From Phyllobates terribilis (Eukaryota): a DNA stretch of 64,000 nucleotides. The notes under the pieces are model-generated. The model worked only from the letters and a program-made list of their open reading frames with translations, was not told where the DNA came from and ran no database searches. Below are positions 23,194 to 34,800 of the stretch, piece by piece. Position numbers and translations under genes: made by a program. How positions within the stretch are numbered: the stretch's first letter is position 1; the number at the start of each line of letters is the position of its first letter. The stretch is taken from assembly GCF_046119375.1 (NCBI RefSeq), contig NW_027362764.1:48174001-48238000 (forward strand). Direction: 5' to 3'.

Positions 23194-24125
23194 GACCTCT
23201 CAGGGCAGGAACGGATCCGGTGCTCCTTACTGCCACAGTAGAAACAGCTCCCCTCGGCACGACGTAAGTCTTGACGGGTCTTGACCATCTTGGTCTGGTC
23301 GACCTGCATAGGCTCAGGTGAGTGTGCCTGGGGAGTAACAGAGGGAGTGACGGGTCTCTGGAAGGTAGGGACTAGACGTGGAATCCTCCTCTCACGGGTG
23401 ACCTCCCTGGCGCGCTCCTGGAACCGGATGTCAATCCGGGTGGCAAGTGTAATCAAGTCGTCGAGAGTGGTAGGAATGTCCCGACCGGCGAGTTCATCTT
23501 TAATACGGCCAGACAGACCCTCCCAGAAGACGGACACCAGGGCGTCGTTATCCCAGGCCAGCTCCGAAGCAAGGGTACGGAACCGTATGGCATATTGGCC
23601 CACGGTGAGACTCCCTTGACGGAGGCGTAGCAGAGATGAGGTGGATGAGGTCCTCCGTCCGGGTTCGTCGAAGACCTTCCGGAAAGCCGTGAGAAAGGCT
23701 GGCAGGTCGGACACCAGAGGGTCTCCTCTCTCCCATAGAGGATTTAGCCAAGCCAGTGCCTCTCCCGTGAGATGGGACATGATGAAGGCTACTTTGGCCC
23801 GGTCGGAATTAAACTGGTGGGACTGGTGTTCAAAGTGCAGGGTGCACTGGTTAATGAAGCCCCGAGCTTGAGCGGAGTCGCCTCCGAAGCGAGGAGGTGC
23901 AGAAAGCCGGATTCCAGAGCAGGATACTATGGTATTGGTGGGCAGCGGAGCAGCCGGGCTGCGAGTCATGACACTAGCGGTGGTTGCTGGTGGGGCAGTC
24001 AAAGTGTCCAGGCGAGTATTGACATTCCGCAGGTGACCCAGGATGGACTCCTGTTGGGACCTCTGTCGGGACAGTTCATGACAAAGGTCCGAGAGCGAGG
24101 GAGCTTGGGTGCCACCGGGTTCCAT
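23175..24125 (-). CDS. gag: Gypsy-1 gag (316 aa)
   Basis: Sushi-type gag with PEPMQVD and a zinc knuckle CFYCGSKEHRIRSC. Confidence 0.94.
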   Translation of the reverse strand: MEPGGTQAPSLSDLCHELSRQRSQQESILGHLRNVNTRLDTLTAPPATTASVMTRSPAAPLPTNTIVSCSGIRLSAPPRFGGDSAQARGFINQCTLHFEHQSHQFNSDRAKVAFIMSHLTGEALAWLNPLWERGDPLVSDLPAFLTAFRKVFDEPGRRTSSTSSLLRLRQGSLTVGQYAIRFRTLASELAWDNDALVSVFWEGLSGRIKDELAGRDIPTTLDDLITLATRIDIRFQERAREVTRERRIPRLVPTFQRPVTPSVTPQAHSPEPMQVDQTKMVKTRQDLRRAEGSCFYCGSKEHRIRSCPERSGNACV

Positions 24126-24126
24126 G

Positions 24127-24136
24127 GCCCGAGCAA
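24127..24136 (-). promoter_or_regulatory. Non-tRNA primer-binding site (self-priming type)
   Basis: TTGCTCGGGC lies 2 nt after the 5' LTR and is the exact complement of GCCCGAGCAA located 30 nt downstream of the LTR TATA box. Confidence 0.8.
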
Positions 24137-24138
24137 AC

Positions 24139-25464
24139 TGTAACGGGTCTGGGAGGCGGAACCTCTGAGCAACTTATACAAGGGGGCGGTCCTTGTAAGG
24201 AAGCGGGTGGCGACCAGGGAAGACAGGCAGGCAGTCACAGCAGGTGACCGGGACAGTCTCTGGGTAAACGGGCAGGAGGTCACGGCAAGTGACCGGGACA
24301 GTCTCTGGGTAAAGGGGCAGGAGATCACAGCAAGTGACCGGGACAGTCTCTGGGTAAACGGGCAGGAGGTCACGGCAAGTGACCGGGACAGTCTCTGGGT
24401 AAACGGGCAGGAGGTCACAGCAAGTGACCGGGACAGTCTCGGGGTAAACAGGCTGGTATGACCTGTGACGGCTGAGCCTCCAGGTAGGCTAGCAGGCAGA
24501 TGGCAGATGAGTGCTCCCAGGTGAGCAGGCGAGAGTCTCTGGATAAGCAGGTGGTCACAGCATGTGACGGCGGAGCCTCCAGGTAGGCTAACAGGCAGGT
24601 AGCAGATGAGCGCTCCCAGGTGTGCGGGCAAGAGTCTCTGGACTGGCAGGTGGTCACGGCACGTGACGGCGGAGCCTCCAGGTAGGCTAACAGGCAGGTA
24701 GCAGATAAGCGCTCCCAGGTGAGCGGGCAAGAGTCTCTGGACTGGCAGGTGGTCACAGCACGTGACGGCGGAGCCTCCAGGTAGGCTAACAGGCAGGTAG
24801 CAGATGAGCGCTCCCAGGCGAGCGGGCAAGAGTCTCTGGACTGGCAGGTGGTCACGGCACGTGACGGCGGAGCCTCCAGGTAGGCTAACAGGCAGGTAGC
24901 AGATGAGCGCTCCCAGGTGAGCGGGCAAGAGTCTCGGGACTGGCAGTTTGTCACAGCACGTGACGGCGGAGCCTCCAGGTAGGCTAACAGGCAGGTAGCA
25001 GGTGAGCGCTCCCAGGTGAGCGGGCAAGCTGGTCCATAGACAGACTGACAGGTGTCGGAAGGCAGACCGTCGGACCTCAGGCTAGCAAGCAGGAAAGCGG
25101 ATGACAGGCAGGAATCAGGCAGCAAACTGGCAGGAGACTGGCAGGTAACTGACAGGTAACTGGCAACGGGACCTGAGGGCTGAAGCAGAGTAGTGAACAG
25201 TGCAACAACATTGCTCGGGCACCTCCATTTTGGAGGAGGTGCCTTATATATGGAGGGATCCTCCGGCCATTGGCCGGGGACTCCTTAGGGCGACGCGCGC
25301 GGCCCCTTTAAGAGAGGGGGAGCGCGCGCGCGTGCGCCCTAAGCACAGTGACCGGGGGAGAGCGGCCGCTGCAAGCAGAGCGGGAGGAAGCCGCCGGGCA
25401 CGGAGCAGAGAGGTGAGGGGAACAGCGTCCCTGCCTAGCAGGAGGCAGGGACGCCGACGCTACA
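24139..25464 (-). repeat. 5' LTR of Gypsy-1 (1326 bp), with five 45-bp and six 99-bp units; TATA at 25250, predicted TSS ~25220
   Basis: Matches the 3' LTR apart from +99, -22 and +6 bp indels (net +83 bp) and few substitutions. Confidence 0.95.
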
Positions 25465-25744
25465 ATGTATACCTAGTCTGCCAACTTTACCAGATTTCCG
25501 AGCACACTTGGGCCATAAGGGGTGTGGTTTATGTAAACCCGGTCCAAAAGTGTGTGTTCCCGGGGTGCACGGAGGGTGTTTCCAAAAAAGGTGGGTGTGA
25601 TGAGGAGTGCGGCTTAGCTAGCTCCAGAAATATTGACCATTATGCATGCGTATATGTTTATTATTTTAAACGTCCTATGGTCCAGCATAGATCAGACTCT
25701 GTGAATGCCAAATTATCAGACAGGGCTAGGAAAGTAATTACATA

Positions 25745-27038
25745 CAGTACAGACGAAAAGTTTGGACACACCTTCTCATTTAAAGATTTTTCTGTATTTT
25801 CATGACTTTGAAAATTGTACATTCACACTGAAGGCATCAAAACTATGAATTAACACATGTGGAATTATATACTTAACAAAAAAGTGTGAAACAACTGAAA
25901 ATATGTCTTATATTCTAGGTTCTTCAAAGTAGCCACCTTTTGCTTTGATGACTGCTTTGCACACTCTTGGCATTCTCTTGATGAGCTTCAAGAGGTAGTC
26001 ACCAGAAATGGTCTTCCAACAATCTGGAAGGAGTTCCCAGAGACGCTTAGCACTTGTTGGCCCTTTTGCCTTCACTCTGCGGTCCAGCACACCCTAAACC
26101 ATCTCGATTGGGTTCAGGTCTGGTGACTGTGGAGGCCAGGTCATCTGGCGTAGCACCCCATCACTCTCCTTCTTGGTCAAATAGCCCTTACACAGCCTGG
26201 AGGTGTGTTTGGGGTCATTGTCCTGTTGAAAAATAAATGATGGTCCAACTAAACTCAAACCGGATGGAATAGCATGCCGCTGCAAGATGCTGTGGTAGCC
26301 ATGCTGGTTCAGTATGCCTTCAATTTTGAATAAATCCCCAACAGTGTCACCTGCAAAGCACCCCCACACCATCACACCTCCTCCATGCTTCACGGTGGGA
26401 ACCAGGCATGTAGAGTCCATCCGTTCACCTTTTCTGCGTCGCACAAAGACACGGTGGTTGGAACCAAAGATCTCAAATTTGGACTCATCAGACCAAAGCA
26501 CAGATTTCCACTGGTCTAATGTCCATTCCTTGTGTTTTTTAGCCCAAACAAGTCTCTTCTGCTTGTTGCCTGTCCTTAGCAGTGGTTTCCTAGCAGCTAT
26601 TTTACCATGAAGGCCTGCTGCACAAAGTCTCCTCTTAACAGTTGTTGTAGAGATGTGTCTGCTGCTAGAACTCTGTGTGCAATTGACCTGGTCTCTAATC
26701 TGAGCTGCTGTTAACCTGCGATTTCTGAGGCTGGTGACTTTGATAAACTTATCCTCAGAAGCAGAGGTGACTCTTGGTCTTCCTTTCCTGGGGCGGTCCA
26801 CATGTGAGCCAGTTTCTTTGTAGCGCTTGATAGTTTTTGCAACTGCACTTGGGGACACTTTCAAAGTTTTCCCAATTTTTCGCACTGACTGACCTTCATT
26901 TCTTAAAGTAATGATGGCCACTCGTTTTTCTTAGCTGCTTTTTTCTTGCCATAATACAAATTCTAACAGTCTATTCAGTAGGAATATCAGCTGTGTATCC
27001 ACCAGACTTCTGCACAACACAACTTATGGTCTGTACTG
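25745..27038 (-). mobile_element. DD38E Tc1 copy 4 (1294 bp); most of the 5' TIR deleted; transposase pseudogene
   Basis: TA-flanked; ...CAACTTA-TGGTC-TGTACTG joins internal sequence directly to the terminal bases. There is a 4-bp deletion near the ATG (26952) and a TAG near 26092. Confidence 0.92.
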
Positions 27039-27175
27039 TATATATATTTGAGTCAGCATCAGATGCTGTGAGCCTCTCTCCCCCATGCTTTACACTGCAG
27101 CTTTGCTTGCTCAGATTGAACTCTCTGTATGAACTCTACAGATTCTCAGTTATTAGCAAGCTGATTTTTTAATAG

Positions 27176-27984
27176 TGTTACACGCACGCCGCCTATGTTC
27201 AGATAGGGGCGAGACCGGTTACATGAATTCGCTGGAATCCTGGGGAAACCATTACTCAGGGCGACCACAGGCTGCAACTTCTCTCAGGCACACGATAGAT
27301 TCAGTTGCTGTCCAGACACATCTGACAAGAGTCCTCAGAAACGGTAGAACAGTAATATTTAATGAGGCACGGCCAGTGCAATGCAAATGTCTCTTTGAGC
27401 AACAGGCTCCAGTAATAACAGTACAGTCTCCTTTGCAGCTCAGCAGTACACAGTCTATTATCCGGTAGCACAATACAGCACAGTTTTAATGCATACACAA
27501 CCACAGACTTTTCCTTCACAAGGACTCAATAGTACACAGCGTTCTTTATCCTCCATGGAGATGGAGGTTGGAAGGGTGTGATGAGGGAGATGATCTCTAT
27601 GACAGGCTTCCTTCCAGTCCTTATCTTCCTGGCCTATAATACTCCACACTGTTAGCTCAGGGAGTCTAACTGACCTTTGTTTAGCTTCCCTCCTGACCTG
27701 AATTCTGTTCCCTTGACTTCTGTGAGATACAGATCATAAGCCACCTTTCTCTTCGGCTCCAGCCAGACAGTAAACAACTTCCCCACAATCCCCCTGGGGC
27801 TCTGCTAAAACACTCCCCTTCTCCTGTGACTATGTTAACCCCTCTAGTTGCTGGATGCTTCCGGAGCATAACACTTCCTGTCTTTTGTCCTTGTTTTACT
27901 TCTAATAGTTGCTGAATGCTTTTAAAGCAACAGCACTACTTCTGCATGTCACACTCTGCAACAGCACTACTTCTGCATGTCACA
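27176..27984 (-). repeat. Probable 3' LTR of the old Gypsy
   Basis: On the minus strand it starts TGTGACA directly after the PPT and ends ...TGTAACA at 27176, with a short tandem duplication at its start. No partner LTR is available to confirm it. Confidence 0.55.
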
Positions 27985-28279
27985 CTCTTCCCTCCTTTTT
28001 GAATCTCGTCCTCAACATTCATTTGAATTGGTTAATCTGACCAATTCTGAGACAGTGGTGAAAGTTGGATAGCTTTATATACAAATTGGAATTCTGAAAC
28101 TGGTATAACGTTCATAAACATTGATAACAACCTAATCTTACAACCTTTTTCTTGTAGGATGCCTAAGAAATAAACAATTAACACAATTAAAGCAATCAGC
28201 ATCTCTTCAGCTGCAGCTTTTCGTACGTCTTCAACCAACTTGTGTGCTAGATCTTCAGCACACTAGTGTTCCAGGGGTA

Positions 28280-29290
28280 CTGGGGGATCCCAGGACCCCG
28301 ATGTGGGTTGCACAATTTCATCCCCTGCGCAACTCCTGTTCCTTGGTGGGGAGACTGAATTCACTGTAGACCCCTGAGCAGGTCTCACACTGGCTGGATA
28401 TACCGTTTTAACGTTTTCGATGTGACCTAACAGTCTTTGGATCCGGTCTAATTTCGTGTTTCGTAGTATTCATCACTGGTACTGTCACTCGAGCAAACCC
28501 AACAGTAGCAATCGTAAGCACAGTCTCATCTTGAACTAGGCCTTCTGGAAGTTCTGAGGAGTCTTTTGGCACAAACAGTCTTTTCTGGACTTTTCTTCCC
28601 GGTTCTACCCGGACTCCACACCTCACCCCAACCATTTGGTTTGCAGGGATGATGGTTGGATGCCAGCCTACCTTGACTTCTTTTAGGTCCATTGTATTCT
28701 GTGCTTTCTTTACTCTATGAATCACATTTTCCGCAATGGCATTGAGTATGGCGAGCGATGTGGCGATTGCATCCACCACCAACACCCCTGCATTGTGTTT
28801 TGTGATGACCTCACTGATTACATTATAACCCAGGATAGGATCCTCTGCCACGTTCTGATCATTGTTCACGAGAAAAGGTACCAAAAGCTCGATGGTGTTG
28901 CTGTTCTTTGTGGCCCTGAGTTGGAAAGTCACTTTCACCTAGCTTTTGAAAGGGATTTTGGTCTGGTTGACTGCTTTGCCGTGGAGTTCCACTGGTCCCA
29001 AAAGGTCTCTTAGTGACCAAAGGCAAGTGTGTTGCAGGTAGCGGCTTCTCTATTCTTCATTTAAAATGCTCGCTTGGGCTCCTGTGTCCCACAGTGCTTT
29101 TACTAGGAGTCCTACTAGCTGGCACTTTATAAAGCACCTTTCACCAATTAGGCTGATGAGGATATCTTTACTGACTGAGAATCCTCCTCCCAGGAGTACA
29201 TCGTTTGACCAACTCTCTCTCTATGCTTTAACAGTTCTTTGTTTCTACAAAGTCTTTTCTGGAAAATCAAAGCATGAAAACAAGTCTTTC
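28280..29290 (-). pseudogene. Gag-end/aspartic protease/linker segment lying downstream of integrase
   Basis: ISLIGERCFIKCQLVGLLVKALWDTGAQASIL...VPFLV...WDPPV with internal stops; boundaries approximate. Confidence 0.7.
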
Positions 29291-30014
29291 CACCAGTCAA
29301 CATCTTCCATACTGCCTCTCGGTGGTGAATACCACTCAAGTGAGCTTACCTGGTCCGCAGGCAGAGATACCTGCTTCCAGTCGACAGTCCTTGGCACTTG
29401 ACTCGGTTCACCAAGTGTATCATACGTCAGCATCACGGGCCTCCTCACTTCTTTAGTCGACATCCTCCTGGTGGGTTGTTCCTCAGAGACCACGGGTTCT
29501 TCGGTCACAGAAGTTTCTTCCGCCACACTCATTTCCTGTGCTTCCTCAGATGCTCTTGGAGCTGCCTCTGTAAGTTCCTGTGCTTCTCCTGAGTCGCTTG
29601 TTTCCGCACGGTCTGGTAATTCCCCTCCTCCTGAGTGTCGATCGGTCTCTTCAAGGACTGATGTTCGATCATCAGATCTGAATTGGACTTCATCTGTACT
29701 CCTTGGTACGAACTCTGGAGCCTCAGGACTTATTTCACTCTCCTGAGGATGGTACATCCCTCTCCTTGCCGGTCCGAGAAATACAACGGTGTGTTCTTCT
29801 CCATCGGAACTTTCAAGGTCACTATACACCTGCGGAGCTTCAGTCTCTGGTGGTCCCTTAGTCGATCTCGGACGATGTCGGTCTACTTCTGGGAAGTCTT
29901 GCTGTGGTGGGAGATAATCACAGGGTAGTAGTAAATTCTGATGGACTATTCTGGTTTTCTTGTCTCCCGTTTCCAATCAGATTTCATACTCTGGACTGTC
30001 ATCAGCTTTCCTCC

Positions 30015-31007
30015 TTACGACCACATACAACTTGTCTTCCCAGTACGAATAAAGTTTTCCTGGACCACCTTTCTCACTTTGTTCTTGACTAGCACCCGGC
30101 TTCCCAGTGCCAATTCTGCTCCATAACATTTTCGATCATAGTACTCTCGCTCTGTCCTTGCGTAACCACTTTGAACCTTATGTATTATGCCTCTGCCATC
30201 TGTTCCTTCCATTTCTGAACGTCCTCTGTAAGTCTCTGACACCGGAGTATCGAACATGATGTCGATTGGCAGTCTTGGCGATCGTCCATACAATAGGAAA
30301 AAGAGTGAGTATTCCATTGCATCACTCTTTGTACAGTTATAGGCATGTACCACTTTTGACAGAGAACTCTTCCAGTCTTTCTTCTCATCAGCTGTTGAAG
30401 TGCGCAACATCGACAATAATGTTCGGTTAAAACGTTCCACTTGTCCATTACCCTCTGGGTGATAGGGCGTTGTGTGGGATCTCTGAATTCTACAGTACTT
30501 TCCTAGCTTGGTAAAGAGCTGGTTCTCAAATTCTCTTCCTTGGTCGGAGTGTAACCTCATAGGGAACCCAAACCTCAAAGCAAAATCATTGAAGATCTTC
30601 TCTGCTGCTGTTCGACCTGATTTATTGGTGGTGGCATATGCTTGAGCAAATCGAGTGAAATGGTCCATCACCACCAAGATGTATTCGTAACCACCCTTGC
30701 ACGTCTTGAGATGTAGAAAGTCTATTGAGACCATCTCAGACGGATACGTACTTTGGATGTTGCCCATAGGTGCCTGGGTTGATGTGTTGGGACGTTTATC
30801 TTTCAGACACCCACACTCCCTCATCACGTACCTCTCAATATCTCTCTGCATGTATGGCCAGAAGAAACGTTCACGGATCAAATTTGTTGTCCTTTCCACT
30901 TCCAGGTGTCCCATGTTTTCATGGAGTTCTTTGAAGACCAACCTACGGAATACTCTGGTTAGTACCAACTTCCGGTTTTGTCCTCCTTTACAGGATACTG
31001 TCTTCAC
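30015..31007 (-). pseudogene. Integrase of the old Gypsy
   Basis: Motifs HENMGH..FFWP..CGC, SIDFL, LHSDQGREFEN and NGQVERFNRTL; the C-terminus is frameshifted. Confidence 0.9.
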
Positions 31008-31876
31008 TGAGGTAGAGCTTCGTCCATTCTTTAATCAAAACAGATACTGCTGGTGACTCATTGTCTCTCTCCCGTTTACTTGGAAACTGATTTTGGTCCA
31101 CATAAAGTAGTATTCTACCAATTATCTGATCTTCCCGTTGTGCTCTACGGATTTTCCCTTTTGATAGTTGTTGAATAGACCTCCCCTATCTATCTAGACC
31201 TATCTAAGGTCTATCTTGTTCTCTCGCTTTTATGGTGGTTTCCACCATCAACGGACACCACAATGGTGTGTCTTCCTCCTGATAAGCTTGTACTACTTGA
31301 GTAGTGCTCTCAATTGCTTCCAGACTGACCTCCTCTGAGCATTCTTGCATGAACTCCTCAGGCTCTAGTGGCATTCTTGACAATCCGGCAGCATCAGCAT
31401 TGCATTTTCCTGGCCTGTACTTCATGCTGAAATTGAAGTCAGTGTTGTGATCTGCTACAGGGACTAAGCAAAGACAGGAGAACTGTCCCTACAATAGAAC
31501 TAAACTAGATCCCTACGATGTAACGGGGAACCTGATCCTGCGATCAGACCCGCTAAAGTCCTCGGCTAGTCTGAACGAAGACCTATAGATGTGAGGGAGG
31601 GATCCCTACAAGAACTAGGGACTGGGATAAGTTGGACACCTCCTAGCAGAAATAGTAGCAGTCAAAGACAAACACACAACAAAAAGCATAGAGGTCAGAA
31701 GACCTAGCAAAACTAACAGAGAACGGCAACAGAGCACCAAGCTAGCTCAAGAGTAGTAAATACAATGAAGTCCAGCAAGACCAGGAGGGCGGAGCCGGAT
31801 TAAATAGGCAAAAATGGTCATGTGACCAGCAAACTAAAAAAAAACTAACAGGAGCGTTCTAACAGTACCCCCTCTT

Positions 31877-34800
31877 CTAAGAGGATCCTCCGGATCCCCT
31901 AGGCCCAGGCTTACCAGGAAACCTCCTGTGAAACGCTCTGACAAGTCTGGAAGCAGAAACATCATCCGCCCTCACCCATGAGTTATCCTCACGTCCGAAA
32001 CCCTTCCAAGCGACGAGATACTGCAAACTCCCTCTATACCGTCTAGAATTTAGGATGCGGGAAATTTCATATTCCCCGTCCTCCACCACCGGAGGAACAG
32101 TGGCAGAGGCGTCACCATCAGACACATCAGATTTTTTCAACAGAGAAACATGAAACACCGGGTTAATCTTCCAGGATGTAGGAACCTCCAACCTAACAGC
32201 AGATTGGTTAACTATCTGAAGCACCTTAAAGGGCCCTACGAACTTGGGACCCAATTTTTTAGAAGGAATCCTCAATCGCAGATTCTTAGAGGACAACCAA
32301 ACCATGTCACCAACAGCAAACAAAACCTCTTGCCGTTTCCTATCAAAGTACCTCTTAGATTTTTTGTTAGCCTCCTGAAGATTACCACGCACATCCGTCC
32401 AAACTCTCTCCAAATCACCGGAAAAACTCTCCTCCTCAGGCACAGCCGAAACCAATTTGGAGAATGACCCAAAAGACGGATTTCTCCCAGAACAACAAAA
32501 AAAAGGCGAACACCCAGCAGAAGAGGATGTATGGTTGTTAAGAGCAAATTCAGCAAGTGGCAGAAACTCAGACCACCCCTCTTGATTGTCTGCCACAAAA
32601 CAACGCAAGAACTGCTCAACATCCTGGTTCTTCCTTTCTGTCTGGCCATTAGACTCAGGATGATATCCAGATGAAAACGACAAATGAACTCCCAACCTGT
32701 CACAAAAGGCACGCCAAAAACGAGCCACGAACTGAGGTCCCCTATCAGAAACAATGTCAGTAGGAACACCATGTAGTCTGACAATTTCCTTGACAAAGGC
32801 CTTAGCGAGTGTCTTAGCGCAAGGCAGTTTGATGAAGGGAACCAAGTGACACATCTTGCTAAAACGGTCCACGACCACCCAGATGACCGTGAAACCTTCA
32901 GAGGGGGGAAGGTCAGTAATAAAGTCCATAGCCAGATGTGTCCAAGGTGCACTAGGAACCTCCAGAGGGCAAAGCAACCCCGCAGCAGGAGCATGCGAAT
33001 ACTTGGATCTAGCACACACAGTACATTGGCGCACCCACTTAATGACTTCCTTCTGCCATCCAGGCCACCAAAAACTGCGACCCACAAGTCTCTTGGTCTC
33101 AGAAATTCCTGGATGACCTGCCAACCGAGACTCATGACACTCAACAAACAAATCTCTCCTAAAGGTCCTAGGCACAAACAACCTCCCATGGGGAGTGTTA
33201 GATGGGGCATTCTCCTGAGCTTTAAGAATCTCATCCTCCAAAACGGAGTCCAAAGCAGCAATCACAACACCTTCTTGTAAAATGCTTTCCTCTTCCTCCT
33301 CAACACCGACCATGGGAGAAAAGCTGCGAGACAAAGCATCCGCTTTAACATTCTTGGTACCCGGGATGTAAGTAACGGAAAAATTAAACCGCGAGAAAAA
33401 AAGTACCCACCTAGCCTGACGGGCATTCAAGCACTTAGCAGCATCAAGATAAATCAGATTTTTATGATCAGTGAAAACCTGAATGGGAAATTCAGCACGT
33501 TCCAAGAGGTGACGCCAGTGTTCAAATGCGAGTTTAATAGCCAGCAATTCCCAATTACCAATATCGTAATTAAGTTCAGTCTCAGAAAATTTTTTTGAAA
33601 AAAAGGCACAGGGATGTACTCCATCCTTGTTTTCCTGAGACCACACCGCACCGACCCCCACCGAAGAAGCATCAACCTCAACCAAAAATGGCTTAGTCAC
33701 ATCAGGCTGCATAAGGATGGGAGCAGAGGAGAACCTCTCCTTTAGAAACACAAAAGCTTCAATGGCCTCAGAGGTCCACTGAACCGCATTAGCACCTTTC
33801 CTGGTGAGATCGGTCAGCGGTTTGACAATAATAGAAAAAAATTTTATGAATTTTCTGTAATAATTGGCGAAACCCAAAAACCTCTGTATCGATTTCAAAC
33901 CAATAGGCCTAGGCCATTCCTGCACAGCTTGAACTTTAACCGGGTCCATCTCAAAACCTTCACTGGAGATAATGTAGCCCAAAAAACTAATTCTCTGTAC
34001 AGCGAACTCACATTTCTCCAGCTTAGCAAAAAGCGAATTGTCCATTAATAACTGTAAAACCTCACGTACGCTCCGCCAATGAGACTCCAGATCAGGCGAA
34101 TAAATCAGAATGTCATCCAAATACACAACCACATTTTTGCCGATTAAAGGTCTAAGGATGTCATTAATAAGATTCTGAAAAAATGCTGGAGCATTGGTAA
34201 GACCAAAAGGCATAACCAGATTCTCAAAATGACCCACAGGAGTGTTAAAAGCAGTCTTCCATTCATCACCCTCCTTCATGCGCAACAAATTGTATGCCCC
34301 CCGGAGATCAATTTTAGAGAACCACTTGGCCCCCACTAACTGGTTAAATAAATCAGGAATCAATGGCAGTGGGTAAGGATTGCGTACAGTAATTTTATTA
34401 ATCTCACGAAAGTCCAGACAAGGACGTAAACCGCCATCTTTTTTTTTTACAAAAAAAAATCCAACAGCCACAGGAGACTTGGAAGGCCTAATGTGACCGG
34501 CGGCCAAGCTTGTCTGTATGTATTCCTCCAAAGCCTTTCTCTCAGGAATAGTAAGATTAAATAAACGACTTTTAGGAAGAGTCGCTCCAGGGACAAATTC
34601 AATGGTACAATCATAGTCTCTATGGGGAGGCAAAATTTGTGACTCCTCCTCAGAAAAAACTCTCCAAAAATCCTGAATAGGTACAGGCAATTCCCCTCTA
34701 TCCACAGCAGCAATGCGCCCGTTACAACACTTGTCATAACACTTAGGGCTCCAGGACTTAATTTCATTGGTAGACCAATCCAGTACAGGATTGTGCAATT

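Larger units (their letters stand above)
18698..25464 (-). mobile_element. Gypsy-1: full-length chromodomain Gypsy (Tf1/sushi group) LTR retrotransposon, 6767 bp
   Basis: 5-bp TSD ATGTA (18693-18697 and 25465-25469), two TG...CA LTRs, gag, pol and a PPT. Confidence 0.97.

Noticed and set aside
24121-24138. tRNA primer-binding site for Gypsy-1 (and 36008-36021 for Gypsy-2)
   Set aside because: There is no TGG start complementary to tRNA CCA, and the intramolecular complement explains the sequence better.
27176-27873. Independent solo LTR bounded by TGTTA...TAACA
   Set aside because: The flanks (AATAG vs CTTCC) give no TSD; it is better explained as part of the old Gypsy 3' LTR.
28032-28238. 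env-like ORF at the 3' end of the old Gypsy
   Set aside because: Only 68 codons with one hydrophobic stretch; no signal peptide, furin site or fusion-peptide pattern is visible.
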